A stretch of 55,443 bases of DNA, taken from the IMG/VR virus record IMGVR_UViG_3300023202_000273, positions 1-55,443 of that record. One strand, written 5' to 3'. Source of the stretch: a virus. Lineage: Duplodnaviria; Caudoviricetes. The translations under genes and the position numbers were made by a program. Shown piece by piece: positions 25,201 to 34,108 of the stretch. Numbering within the stretch: the first letter of the stretch is position 1; every line of letters starts with the position of its first letter. Under the pieces are notes generated by a model. That model was not told the origin of the DNA. It saw nothing but the letters and a program-made list of their open reading frames with translations, and searched no databases.

Positions 25201-28200
25201 AATAACCTGCGACGATGGATTTGATTTGTACTGCCATGATCCAGGCAGTACATACTCACCAACCTCTGGCAGCCCAACCGCTTTTAGTATTTCGCTCTGG
25301 CCATTCTCATCGTTGATCGCCTGCATGATAGCGTGATGAAACTGCAGCCGCTCATCATATGGCGCATCATGTATCCCCGGCAGCAAATCAACCTGCGAAC
25401 TCGGTGTTGCCTCCCACGACAATTGCCCAGACTGGGTGGTGATAAAATCCTTAAATGACCCACCGGCATCAACTCTGTCGCCAGATCTCTTTATAACATT
25501 GAACATCTGGCTCTGAAACCACCGGTTTGATTCCGGCGACATCTCCAGATTGCCCTTTTTATTGCGAACATACTCTATCTTGCCCTGCTTTTTTCCTCGC
25601 GATACGATGGCGGGCGCCTTCGCTTCCCATTTTGTCTTAGCGGCGGTCCATACCGCTGCTTGGACCTGCTGGATCTCAACGCCTTTTTCGTCGGCCAGAT
25701 CCCTGACCATTTCCTCCATTAATGTATACTGGGCATCTGTGGGAGTGTCTTTCAAATACCCAAAAGCCCGAGTCATCCACACATCAATCGTTGCACCCTG
25801 GTCTATGGCCGGGTCGACCTCAACCAATAGGTTATTCCGAAAATTTCGGACCTTGCGACCCTTCAGCAATTCGTTGCTGGTGATATCTCCAGACATGTAT
25901 GCAATCAAAGGCGGCTCGTTTTTGTTGGGGTAACGACCGAGTTTCAGATCCACATCGGTATCACCCCTCGCATCAGCAGACTGCCACCGCCGGAATGCCT
26001 CCATCGCCTGGGATGCATTTTCAGCAACGCCGTTTTGTGGAGACAGGTACGCCAGTACCGACGCGAGCCGCTCCGCATACTCCTCATCCCCGCCAGAAAT
26101 ATCTTTGATCACCTGAGAGCTTTCCTCGTACCACCCCTTCGCTGGCTCTCCCTCATTATATAATTTCCGGATATGACCCCGGAGTTTTTTCATGTCCTCA
26201 ATTTTGGCCACGCTCGGCGGTGCCACTGTGACCTTTCCGGCCTTTGTAACGTGCGGCTGTACCTTCCCGCGGACCCTACGCATATGTTGCGGGGCTTCTC
26301 CACCATCGCTCAGGTCTTGGCGCTGCGCACCTTCTTGATCGCCTTCTGGTACGACTCGTTCCGAGCGACTCTGAGCGCGACCTTCAGCGCGTGGCTTTGA
26401 CTTACCTTCCGGGGCTTTTCGTACTTCATCTGCATACCGCTCTCCTCTGATAAATGTCTGCTGTCGGCCAGAATCTTTGGCTTTGTATAGCTGTTTGTCG
26501 GCTTCCTCAATGTTTTCCCCAATTCCCGCTGAAAACGTAATGCCGGTCAGCCCATCGCCAAAGTCAACTTCTTTCAATGCCTCCCGGGCAACCTCAATCT
26601 TTGGCGCAAGGCTCTCAGCCGTAACACCTTCATTTGGGATAATCGCAAACTCCTCGCCGCCCAGCCTGACAACACTCGCATCATTGCCAAACGTGTTGGA
26701 GAGAATACCACCGAAGGCTTTAAGTACATCGTCGCCTTTCCCGTGCCCGTAGGTATCATTGACACCCTTAAAGTGGTCGATGTCAAATATCGCAGTCGGA
26801 CGATCGATTCCCCCATCCTCATTGGCGATGCCCTCATCCTTCAAATACTCGCGGTTGTTCAAACCAGTGAGACGGTCCTTATGGGCCTTATCCCTCCACG
26901 CAGACACCGTCTTCTCTATGGCATCAACCGACTCGTCAGATGCAGACCTAAGACCATCCTCGATGGCCTTTGCGTCACGGCCTGTAACCTTGGACATCTC
27001 CTTTGCCAGATCAGCTCTTTTATTAATATAATCAATGTTAGACGGTTTGTCAACCCCTTTGTCTGACCCTTCGCTCTTTGCTCTCTCTTCAATGTCAGCA
27101 TACTGCTGGTATTTAATCTCTCTTTTGCGCAGTATCTCCTGTTTATCATCGCCGACGTCAAGCTCTATGTTGGTGTCGAGATCGGGCAGGCGCAACGATA
27201 TCCCTGGCCGCTTATCTTTGTCTCCAATTTTCAGGCCCGGGCGCTGCCGCTCTGACGGAACGCCCTCGGGGATAGCTTCCTTAGCAACGGCTTTTAGTGT
27301 GGCAATGTCTTTCTCATCGCCGAGATACTCAGTATCCGCAAGCTCTGGCTGTTCAACATCATCCGGCTTCTTCTTACGCATATGGTCGGCGGATCCTGTC
27401 TGATCGATGTCAGCCGGTTTCTTATCACGCAGGCTTTTTATCAATCCACGCATTACGTTGCGTGTTCTCGCCTGCTTGTCGCCCATTATCCCTTTGATCC
27501 AGTCGTGTATCTGGCTCCCAAGCCGCGCCAAATCACCCTTGCCGGACTCGTCCGTCAAAAACTCTGCCCCGGCGTCAGCGACGAACTCTTTGAATATCAC
27601 GCGGTCCTTCGCGTCCTCAACCGCCTTCTCTACGCCCTCTGTATTCTCGTTCCCCTCGTTACGGGATCGGACAAGTTCTTCCATCAACTTTATGTCCTCT
27701 TTGTACTCCTGGACCTTTTCCTTGTACTCGTCGGTCTTCTTGTACTCGTCGTAGGCCTCTTGGGCATTCCTGTACACTTCTTCACCAGACTCATAGGCTG
27801 CGTAGTGTGTAAACTCATGTGCGAGTACTTCGCCCACATTGTGGGGGGCAACCGATGGTGAAATAACGATCTCGTGCGCATCCTCTCCTTGCAAAAACAC
27901 ACCCGCGCCCGGTAGCTGTTGGCGCCTACCTTCATGCACAAAACTATCTGCAACCTTTATCTTTAACGGAGTCGCATCCTTGCCCATTTTTTTCTTGACA
28001 TCATCGGCGAAATTCTGCGCCTCATGAAATACCTCTATTTCGCGCCGGCGCATAACCTCGGCCCCGGTCTTTGACCCCAATCCCTTAACAGCTTCACCTT
28101 TCCTCTTTATCGTCTCAATGTCGGCCTCATCTTCAGGGTCGTACTCAACATCAACCTGCCCCTCCCCAGTCTGCTCAATCATTGTACGAACCGATCCGGG

Positions 28201-29751
28201 TATCCCAAAAACCCCGGTGGTAATCGCCATCGGGCCCCACACCTGCTTGAATGTCTCTGTTGCTGTGGCCTTAACGTTCTCCCTAACCTGGCCCCAGTCT
28301 ACATCCTCGCCCATGTCACGCCTTGCTAATTCCCCGGCCATATAGGTTACGATTTCCTGCGGTACCTCAGTCAATGTTTCAGACAGCCATGCCATGGATC
28401 GCTCTGTGCCAACTTTGCTAACTCTTTTCAGCGCCTCACTGGTGATTTTTTTTGCGACCGCATTCTTCAGTTCGCTGAAAGGAACCTTGCCCATTCCAGA
28501 AAGTGTACCCAACTCTCCCAACAACCCATAAACGATTCCAGTATTTACAGATATCGGCAAAGCAATGTCACGAGGGACACCCTTATCAGCCAAGTCCAGC
28601 ATGACTGACCCGGTCCCCTGCTTTGTCCAGTAACCCGTCGCCAGTGCCGGGCCTACCACCGGTATCAAAGACAGGGCTATGCTCTCACCCATCGCCGGCA
28701 GCATCTCTGCTGTAGCCGTCAACGTGTTGCTGGCACCCTCGATATCATCATCTTTTGCCGTCTCCGACGCGCGGGCCCGCATCTCAATCAGCTTACTGAC
28801 CACCTCGTCATTCATGCTGAGATACGCGTCAACCGCCAAATGGTCGATCCCTGTCGTCAAGCCCCCTCTGCTAAAAGCCTTTCCAAGTCCCGGCCTCTTA
28901 TCCTCGATCTCCACCAGTTTGTCTAAAAGTTTTTTAGCCTTTCGGTCTGTCGGGTCTATACCCTCAGCGAATGCAAATGCTTTTTCCCCAGTCTCAACCA
29001 TCTTCTCGCCACGCTTTTTGCGGGCTTTTTTCGATTCGTAAAGGAGAAATGATGACACATCCTCAATTTGGTCTTGCTTGACTCCTTGCCCACGAAGATC
29101 CTTAGCAGCTTTTCGAATGTGATTTGCCACATTCTGTGGGTTTACCCCGGATGCATTGATGCCATACACATCCGCAATTTCACGGCCAGATGACAACTGT
29201 TCGACGCGACGTTTCTCCTCGGACAGGTCAACGTCGGCCATCTCCTTCCCCTTACGCACCATCTCTGATCCAGCCGCACGCACCATCGTCCCCGTCGGCC
29301 CCGGTGTTACCGGAGCCTCCTCTGGCAAACCGATCTCTCCAGCAGGAGTGAATGCAGCAATTGTTTTGTAACCCGGGGCATACGGGATCTTACGGCGCGG
29401 GGCAACATCAATTTCGTCATCATATGGCTTCACGGTGACCGGTTCGGCTGTACCAAGGTCAGTTACCGGCTGTGCCCCCTCGAAAATCCCCTGCGCTACG
29501 ACCTGCGGGTCATCGCCAGCTCCAATACTACGATCTTCCGACGCCGTGGTCTGGACAAGGGTGGATGCAGCGGGTTCAGCCTGTGGCAAAACATCGCTGC
29601 TTTGCAAAGAAGGTATGCCGCCAAATGTTCTGATAAGTTCGTCGTCGTCAGGATACTTATCAACAACGGCCTTCGCCAGCACGTAGTCGTCAATATCAGC
29701 ATACTCTGGGTATTTTTCTTTGACCGCTGCAGAAAAATCAGTTACTCTCAC
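19291..29751 (-). CDS. Large polyvalent (probable ejection) protein: zincin, GGDEF, HhH-like, SAM methyltransferase and LPD38-like domains
   Basis: HEFTH (27805-27819), GGEEF (26647-26661), WYE...TIDVWM...QAAVW, VVDIGASEG and C-terminal KIPLPYG...P...NKNF; last gene of the structural operon. Confidence 0.85.
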   Translation of the reverse strand: MRVTDFSAAVKEKYPEYADIDDYVLAKAVVDKYPDDDELIRTFGGIPSLQSSDVLPQAEPAASTLVQTTASEDRSIGAGDDPQVVAQGIFEGAQPVTDLGTAEPVTVKPYDDEIDVAPRRKIPYAPGYKTIAAFTPAGEIGLPEEAPVTPGPTGTMVRAAGSEMVRKGKEMADVDLSEEKRRVEQLSSGREIADVYGINASGVNPQNVANHIRKAAKDLRGQGVKQDQIEDVSSFLLYESKKARKKRGEKMVETGEKAFAFAEGIDPTDRKAKKLLDKLVEIEDKRPGLGKAFSRGGLTTGIDHLAVDAYLSMNDEVVSKLIEMRARASETAKDDDIEGASNTLTATAEMLPAMGESIALSLIPVVGPALATGYWTKQGTGSVMLDLADKGVPRDIALPISVNTGIVYGLLGELGTLSGMGKVPFSELKNAVAKKITSEALKRVSKVGTERSMAWLSETLTEVPQEIVTYMAGELARRDMGEDVDWGQVRENVKATATETFKQVWGPMAITTGVFGIPGSVRTMIEQTGEGQVDVEYDPEDEADIETIKRKGEAVKGLGSKTGAEVMRRREIEVFHEAQNFADDVKKKMGKDATPLKIKVADSFVHEGRRQQLPGAGVFLQGEDAHEIVISPSVAPHNVGEVLAHEFTHYAAYESGEEVYRNAQEAYDEYKKTDEYKEKVQEYKEDIKLMEELVRSRNEGNENTEGVEKAVEDAKDRVIFKEFVADAGAEFLTDESGKGDLARLGSQIHDWIKGIMGDKQARTRNVMRGLIKSLRDKKPADIDQTGSADHMRKKKPDDVEQPELADTEYLGDEKDIATLKAVAKEAIPEGVPSERQRPGLKIGDKDKRPGISLRLPDLDTNIELDVGDDKQEILRKREIKYQQYADIEERAKSEGSDKGVDKPSNIDYINKRADLAKEMSKVTGRDAKAIEDGLRSASDESVDAIEKTVSAWRDKAHKDRLTGLNNREYLKDEGIANEDGGIDRPTAIFDIDHFKGVNDTYGHGKGDDVLKAFGGILSNTFGNDASVVRLGGEEFAIIPNEGVTAESLAPKIEVAREALKEVDFGDGLTGITFSAGIGENIEEADKQLYKAKDSGRQQTFIRGERYADEVRKAPEGKSKPRAEGRAQSRSERVVPEGDQEGAQRQDLSDGGEAPQHMRRVRGKVQPHVTKAGKVTVAPPSVAKIEDMKKLRGHIRKLYNEGEPAKGWYEESSQVIKDISGGDEEYAERLASVLAYLSPQNGVAENASQAMEAFRRWQSADARGDTDVDLKLGRYPNKNEPPLIAYMSGDITSNELLKGRKVRNFRNNLLVEVDPAIDQGATIDVWMTRAFGYLKDTPTDAQYTLMEEMVRDLADEKGVEIQQVQAAVWTAAKTKWEAKAPAIVSRGKKQGKIEYVRNKKGNLEMSPESNRWFQSQMFNVIKRSGDRVDAGGSFKDFITTQSGQLSWEATPSSQVDLLPGIHDAPYDERLQFHHAIMQAINDENGQSEILKAVGLPEVGEYVLPGSWQYKSNPSSQVIAPMMFNQGVDKGTKNQLNAAASMYGYFLRQDGVGWHMPLPGRSKRAANGIWVKLGRDVTPAEMEALERAVRKPEEKIGVIPTPGGVRIVRFEGDNQTPWYKGAEEIISNTVSGDISIGRFFSEGDMPEHENWKGRPHGQDYISEARAAGFPDLQRRLDGILSPKISAVVESYRDRWGGPAYSRKRAVPVVEGGVREGQERAGFAAEAEGLEGRGRVRADYERSDDQRKDGPDKRDTFLKSNKFFASVTEGRRGTPNWRGYSPVINLGQPAKALQDTRKKYIGNFDRHIATSIPGYFEVQPAVADAIVKSLGSGRVVDIGASEGSWGKAISSASDGKIQTVSVDPNNSMEQTFMDQPQAPGATFVNAPFGEGWTDPDGTVVEPFSPGEKFDYAHEGMTFQFISNDRGTHIGQVKEVLKPDGVALFEEKFYRESDDDAQWAENEAKKDLFKDQYYDEKELAEKSEEVLVGMHKNQVSAEQFENMLRDNFGHVAQYWDSGNFKGYAASDSKENLEKFTGSLSDLNSEFSTVKTPVDISQPTYLRNLRKWKSDLIAAIEAIPQEKGVADVVKGMIKKGRLKQSEIDALGLSEYLEKNPDTTKTSLLNQLHENKKNLRIGTVDKRSGIRLLEAWADDQGFEVDYVNDNTLAITSEHMIDDDDYQTMTDFQGTLEDALEWANIDEDRDYAALHEDYVAPGKYENYSETLLTAEGPYSYTPPEIHWVEGDVIVHIRTTERKHYPNIVDIASRIAKAVGAKSSASVGSGGPDVAVRKGAVTEAEAEHYARARGFDGKAIVSNVLNVEEVQSDWAKELREHKLFDKKKAESLRKIEKAEEDLKDYRDKMRDKYGDDWHKKMNREEFEIDADLYARSEMATRDDMRLKDKVVEDFPFANNWMELGVKRALADGADKEYVSFPNSKTVQDMYGLDITGIKYNPETNELTAIRVGQDTPINVTVPESELPKYIGKDLTEKLLAKDNKNLTEEEIKDSPPPEWAVNLYDKKLPTWTKKYVKKQFGAETTTIDLGNGPQFTVVVNDRMRDMDGQPMFQRKTMTEERTAPVRWVPMETYKGYLTRKVVEKFSRLEEIQKYIPPANEAQDAMLQQTIMHGKVASQVDDINRTIVDPLVKRIHSYGIPMHDLETYLYARHAQERNEAIAEINPDMSSGSGMSDADAENILQQVRESGKQAQYDRLAEMVYDINRRTRKILSDAGNISEETLAAWENYENYVPLRGISLYEDDDYVVEHEKALKKYKGDAQKAERDLDQRGIYPTKYVSSTRGGGIGRGFSIRGPESKRALGRRSMAENIIANSITQLSDAIVRAEKNRVGQSFLDYATQNQGVKTRIKENGKYRTVNLWDVDTPQMTRRLNPVTGEVEEVVDTKIDDNVMVVKRDGVEHHIRINDPALARAMVNLGADRANKILQMSAQWNRYIAAINTQLNPEFVLTNLTRDVQTAIANVGGLEGLDNAEAAKAVIKTIRGIPGSIKGAYRAQGGDMRGGWAKWYKEFDEAGGRIGFFGLNEVDDIQKRLIKSVEMLEPGNVTSIKRMYRSAGDYVSRLNSAVENASRLSVYRAMREMGVSKAKSAAIAKGITVNFNKKGELGTMVNALYVFSNASIQGNIRMLQAMRNPRVQAIAGAAVVGSLAMAQLSRMVMGDDDDEMNHYDKIPAWEKAHNFIIPMTNGRYAKIPLPYGYNLFWAIGQAIDHGVHNRRKLADATKGLLTTAAATFSPIGSASTLLQTVTPTAGRLMVDLGLNKNFIGRDIWLEQKFGPEKSRAHSAKATTPDVYTKPLQALNELTGGSEYRHGLLDISPEGVEYVYEYMTGGVGKTIERSVNLLNNAVSKKAPAPRNVPIVRRYYGEIESWYDQSLMYDRLVELKRIRAEYDNLVANGERKKAEAFGKRNRQALIMTRKPSKGRSIVSGIESKIREQKKRRRAAYEHNDMDAVKNIDENIEKLTDNLNRQYNKRILGSSEE

Positions 29752-29771
29752 GTATCAGCCTATGTTGACGT

Positions 29772-30938
29772 TTAACGGGTAAATTTGAGGCCCAGCGGGT
29801 TCTTGCCTAAAATTGGCTCGCCCTTACTCTCGATTGGGATCATCTTCGCGGGACGCAGTTGCTGCCCGCTCATACGAGAAACAAACTCAGCATGTGCACG
29901 GCTGACATTCTGCAATTCAGACATCTTTTCCTTGAGTGTGCCTCTCTCTGACCGTATTTTTTCTTTGTATTTTGTGATTTCCTTTTTCACAGACTCAATC
30001 TCTTTTACAATTTTGTCCTTGTCTTCCCCGAATGCCATCGACTGCATTTCCATAAGGCTGGCCAAGTGTCTCTGGGCCTCATCTAACCTATCTGAATAGT
30101 CTTCGGAAATGTCTTTGGTTATTTCGATATCCTTCTGTATGGTCTGGGCGGTTTGCCGTATCGCATCAGCCTGCATTTTCTTTTTGCGCATAAGGTCATC
30201 CTGACCCGATATCGCGGCTCGTTTTGTCCTCTCGCTCTCCCGTTTATACTTCGACTGTTCCGTCTGCTCCTGCTGTAGGCTTTCAATGTAATCCTTTGGT
30301 TGTATAGGGCCCATGCCGCCAGTGGCCTCTATCCCGCCAGCTACCTGCTCTGACAATGGGCCATCAACGCTTCGCATTCCCTGCAAAGCCTGTACGTTTT
30401 GCTGGCCCTTCTGCTTTTCACCGATCCTGCCTTCAAGGGATTTTATTGTTTTCTGCACGCGCTCATCGTCAAACACGCCCTTCCACTGTGCTAATGCCTT
30501 GATCTGTTTTAAAGTGTTCTGGTCATCAACGTTTTCGTCGGATGACGACAGGCTGCGAATTTTGTTGACGACCTCATCCTTCTGGGCCTTTTCGTATTTG
30601 GCCAACCCCTTCCCAACGGTTTTGGTTGCGATCACCATGAAATCGTCTGTTATATCACCATTCGGTGGCACCTCAAGCAGCGACTCCAGCTCATCAGGTG
30701 TGTACCCTATGTACTTCTGCTGCTGTTCAGGAGTCAACTCGTTTACCCTGCCGAGCAATGCCTTTTTTACTACATCGGCCTTGCCTTCCAGGTGCTTACG
30801 CGCCTGTGATGCCTCAATGATTTTTCCAGTATCAGCGATAGCATTACCTATCTGCCCGCCGGCCTTAGCGACCCACGAAAAATCAGGAATATAATTGCGC
30901 TCATCGTGCCCGTAATATCCGCTCATCCCGTTTGCCAC
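29772..30938 (-). CDS. Probable internal virion (ejection) protein, coiled-coil
   Basis: Helical K/E/Q-rich sequence; position in the operon. Confidence 0.55.
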   Translation of the reverse strand: MANGMSGYYGHDERNYIPDFSWVAKAGGQIGNAIADTGKIIEASQARKHLEGKADVVKKALLGRVNELTPEQQQKYIGYTPDELESLLEVPPNGDITDDFMVIATKTVGKGLAKYEKAQKDEVVNKIRSLSSSDENVDDQNTLKQIKALAQWKGVFDDERVQKTIKSLEGRIGEKQKGQQNVQALQGMRSVDGPLSEQVAGGIEATGGMGPIQPKDYIESLQQEQTEQSKYKRESERTKRAAISGQDDLMRKKKMQADAIRQTAQTIQKDIEITKDISEDYSDRLDEAQRHLASLMEMQSMAFGEDKDKIVKEIESVKKEITKYKEKIRSERGTLKEKMSELQNVSRAHAEFVSRMSGQQLRPAKMIPIESKGEPILGKNPLGLKFTR

Positions 30939-30939
30939 G

Positions 30940-31293
30940 TTACGCCGCCTTTCTTGCTTTGTAAACTTCCTGCATAGCTCTCCGCCACTGCATATTTGCT
31001 CCAGACATCGACATGATGTTCATGCCTACATTTCGGAGGTGTTGGTTTTTCATCTGCTTCGACAACTTCATCCTTTCGAAAAGGTTCTGTTGCATGCCGA
31101 TCTGGAACCTCTCTTTTTCGGCCTTGCGCTTTTCTTTCTGCTGCTCTTTCATGTCTTTACGGATAGTTTCGGCCTGTTCAAGAGATGCGTCTCGCGCTTC
31201 CCCTACGGCCTTCTTTTGCATCAAGCCAGCGGTAATCGTACCGCCGGCTCCAACGATCCCGCCAATTAAGGCCAATACTGCTGCTGTTCCCAT
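30940..31293 (-). CDS. Probable small ejection protein
   Basis: N-terminal Gly/Ala hydrophobic segment followed by a coiled coil. Confidence 0.55.
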   Translation of the reverse strand: MGTAAVLALIGGIVGAGGTITAGLMQKKAVGEARDASLEQAETIRKDMKEQQKEKRKAEKERFQIGMQQNLFERMKLSKQMKNQHLRNVGMNIMSMSGANMQWRRAMQEVYKARKAA

Positions 31294-31298
31294 TTTTG

Positions 31299-34103
31299 TT
31301 ATCCTTTCGCCGAAGCGTTTATGCTCATCACTTCTTGTATTTGGTCATCGTCTAATGGCTCCCCTGTCTCTAAGTCAATTAGATTTGGCACTTCAAACAT
31401 GTAGGTCACTTGCTTAGGGTCTTTTCCTGAATCGATTTCGTCGTCAAAAGCCGCTACAGTGATAATCGGGGTTTGTTCATCTATGAGATAGCGAGTACCA
31501 TTTAACGTTATAATTCCACCCTTTTTGCTTTCGATATCTTTGCGGGCAGAAGGCTGTATCTTAAAAGTTCCACTGTTTTTAAAATAGTTTTCATCTATTA
31601 TTTCACCTTCTTCATTATAGAAGAACTGTTTGAACCCACCATTCTTAAGATCTGTCTTCAGGGTACCATAATAATTTCCAGGAGCCTTGGCAGCGCCATA
31701 CCATCTGCCATAACCCCATTCGAGGTATTGCCAATTGACACTACTCAATTCTCCATGTTGCAACGTGTTATCTGCTGTGTATATAGTCGGCATCCCAGCC
31801 ACTTTAGCCCTGTCGCTGTCGCTTACTGTATCACCATTCAGGATTCTTTCCTGAATAGACGCGATCTCGCTCAAATATTTTTCTTCGTTTCCACCAAGTT
31901 CAGCGCCTCGGCCCTGCATATAGTCACTCACAATCTCAAGGTCGGGGGCGTCGCGGTGCCATTCTATGAATTCATCGGCTGCCGGTACCTGTTCGCCTGG
32001 TTCCCATCCGATGTCCCTCAGCCAGTTAGACACACGCCCAGAGTCGATCCCATGCTCTTCTCCAAATTCCGACTGGAAATAATCGGCGTTCCTTGTCAAA
32101 AATTCCTGCGACAGGTCTACCATCTCGCTGTCAGCAAACGTAAAATCATTACCGGCGACAAGGTTACCACTGTCATCAAATAAGGCAAACCCAATCTCAC
32201 CGGTCTCAGGGTTTTTACTCATCTTGTACGTGCCTCCAAGCGCAGTGTGCAGCTCAAGCTGCGCCCACATATCTTCCCAAGCCTCACTGCCGGAATCGGT
32301 GGAAATCAGATCCTGCACGATGGGATTGTTGCTTTCAAGGCGATTTTTTTCGGCGTCCATCATGGTGGTGTTTGCCCCCAGCCACATGTTGTCGGCCCAT
32401 TCATCGAACGTCAAACCCTCCGGAGCCAGCGTCTCATACGCCTCCTGCATTTTCGCCTTTAACGCGGGGTCGTTTTCCCAATCCGCTACGCCCATCCCGA
32501 CGGCCTGATTTATCGCAGATGTCAAGTCATTGTACTCCGTGTCTTTGAGCAGGTTATCATACTGCAACTGCGCGTTGGAGATTGCTACAGCCCCAGCCTC
32601 GTTCGCCTGGTCATACGGCACGCGAGCAGTGTCATAAATCCTGCCGGCCTCATCGGTGCCGACTTCGTCCCCATATTTTTGGATAAACGAATCCCTGTCC
32701 ATGGAGGCAACCTCTGAATACATCTGGTTGGTCATGTCCGCGCCGAATCTTTCGACATAAATTTCGTGCTTATCAACCTGCAGACCATATGTCACCAAAT
32801 CTTTCATCGCTTTCTCAGCGGACATTTTGTTTTTCTGCGCAAAATCCTGTATCATTTTTGACGTATGCATTTTGACGTCACGACCACGCAGCATAGTCAT
32901 GGTTTTTGCCTGCTCAGGCGTGTATCCCTGTGCAATCAGGTCTTGTTGAAATGCTCCGAGATCCTGGGCCATAATGCCGCCAAATTCCTGCAAAGCATTT
33001 TTCTCAATCTGCTTTACCGCTGCACTACCCCCTTCGGCTATACTAAGTATTCCATCCAGCCCCTTTTCGGCCGCCTCCATGCCTATCCCGTTGAGCATGT
33101 CCTCTGGGTCGAGCGACGCATCCCCTGTGGGTTCGGGGTCAGTGGGGTCCGGCTCTCCTGGGCCCGGGTCAATCGTGTGTGACGGTGGTTCGATGATGTC
33201 ATCGGCCGTATACAAAGGCTCGGTCGTTTCTACACCAACTGGATACGGCGAGCGACCTGTCTGCCGTTCAATGTACGCGTCAATTTGACTATCCTCTATC
33301 CCGCGTGCTGACATTTGGGAATAAAGCTCGTCTCTGTCGATTCTGCCGGTTTGGTAATCCCGGAACAATTCCAGGTTTGACCGAGACCTCGGAGATGGCG
33401 AGCGACCTGTCTGCCGTTCAATGTACGCGTCAATTTGACTATCCTCTATCCCGCGTGCTGACATTTGGGAATAAAGCTCGTCTCTGTCGATTCTGCCGGT
33501 TTGGTAATCCCGGAACAATTCCAGGTTTGACCGAGACCTCGGAGATGTCGTCTGTATCGTCTGGTTATCAGGCTGATTGTTCTGCGTATCGTTGCTTCCC
33601 GATAACTGCAGGCTGTCGTCCGGGTATGTGTCATCCATCGCATCATTACCGCCCAGGGTGTTTGTATCAGTGGTGTCAGGTATTCCATCTTGGCTACCAG
33701 GGTATGTCCCGCTTTCCGATCCGGTGTACACACCGCCACCAGAATACGACGGGTGCTTACCGCCACCCTTGTACGACGGGTGCTTGCCTCCCATCCGGTA
33801 CGCAGGCTGTATGGAGCTCATAAGTTTCTGCTTGTCGACAGCGCCAACATGGGAGGCGCGGCGAAGTGACTCGAGGGTATCCACGCCAAGATTGTTTGTG
33901 GCGCGAGAATCCATGATCACCTCGTTCTCATGCACAGTTTTATCCTGCATGCCAATGGTCGGGGCGATATTGTTCGCCTGCACAATACCGTCGGGCCCAC
34001 GCCCGGTGTATCCGCCTGCACGGATGGGGGATTCGGGCCCCTGCATTTGCTCCTCGCCAAATACCGACGGCGGGAGGTTTTTGTACCACGGAGTCTTTGC
34101 CAT
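31299..34103 (-). CDS. Probable internal virion protein with an internal 50-aa duplication
   Basis: VHENEVI motif, acidic low-complexity regions and position. Confidence 0.6.
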   Translation of the reverse strand: MAKTPWYKNLPPSVFGEEQMQGPESPIRAGGYTGRGPDGIVQANNIAPTIGMQDKTVHENEVIMDSRATNNLGVDTLESLRRASHVGAVDKQKLMSSIQPAYRMGGKHPSYKGGGKHPSYSGGGVYTGSESGTYPGSQDGIPDTTDTNTLGGNDAMDDTYPDDSLQLSGSNDTQNNQPDNQTIQTTSPRSRSNLELFRDYQTGRIDRDELYSQMSARGIEDSQIDAYIERQTGRSPSPRSRSNLELFRDYQTGRIDRDELYSQMSARGIEDSQIDAYIERQTGRSPYPVGVETTEPLYTADDIIEPPSHTIDPGPGEPDPTDPEPTGDASLDPEDMLNGIGMEAAEKGLDGILSIAEGGSAAVKQIEKNALQEFGGIMAQDLGAFQQDLIAQGYTPEQAKTMTMLRGRDVKMHTSKMIQDFAQKNKMSAEKAMKDLVTYGLQVDKHEIYVERFGADMTNQMYSEVASMDRDSFIQKYGDEVGTDEAGRIYDTARVPYDQANEAGAVAISNAQLQYDNLLKDTEYNDLTSAINQAVGMGVADWENDPALKAKMQEAYETLAPEGLTFDEWADNMWLGANTTMMDAEKNRLESNNPIVQDLISTDSGSEAWEDMWAQLELHTALGGTYKMSKNPETGEIGFALFDDSGNLVAGNDFTFADSEMVDLSQEFLTRNADYFQSEFGEEHGIDSGRVSNWLRDIGWEPGEQVPAADEFIEWHRDAPDLEIVSDYMQGRGAELGGNEEKYLSEIASIQERILNGDTVSDSDRAKVAGMPTIYTADNTLQHGELSSVNWQYLEWGYGRWYGAAKAPGNYYGTLKTDLKNGGFKQFFYNEEGEIIDENYFKNSGTFKIQPSARKDIESKKGGIITLNGTRYLIDEQTPIITVAAFDDEIDSGKDPKQVTYMFEVPNLIDLETGEPLDDDQIQEVMSINASAKG
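33247..33546. repeat. Perfect tandem duplication, 2 x 150 bp
   Basis: 33247-33396 is identical to 33397-33546 and in frame. Confidence 0.92.
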
Positions 34104-34108
34104 AATAA

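Noticed and set aside
33247-33546. Diversity-generating retroelement TR/VR pair
   Set aside because: The copies are identical and adjacent with no adenine-specific differences, and I found no reverse transcriptase.
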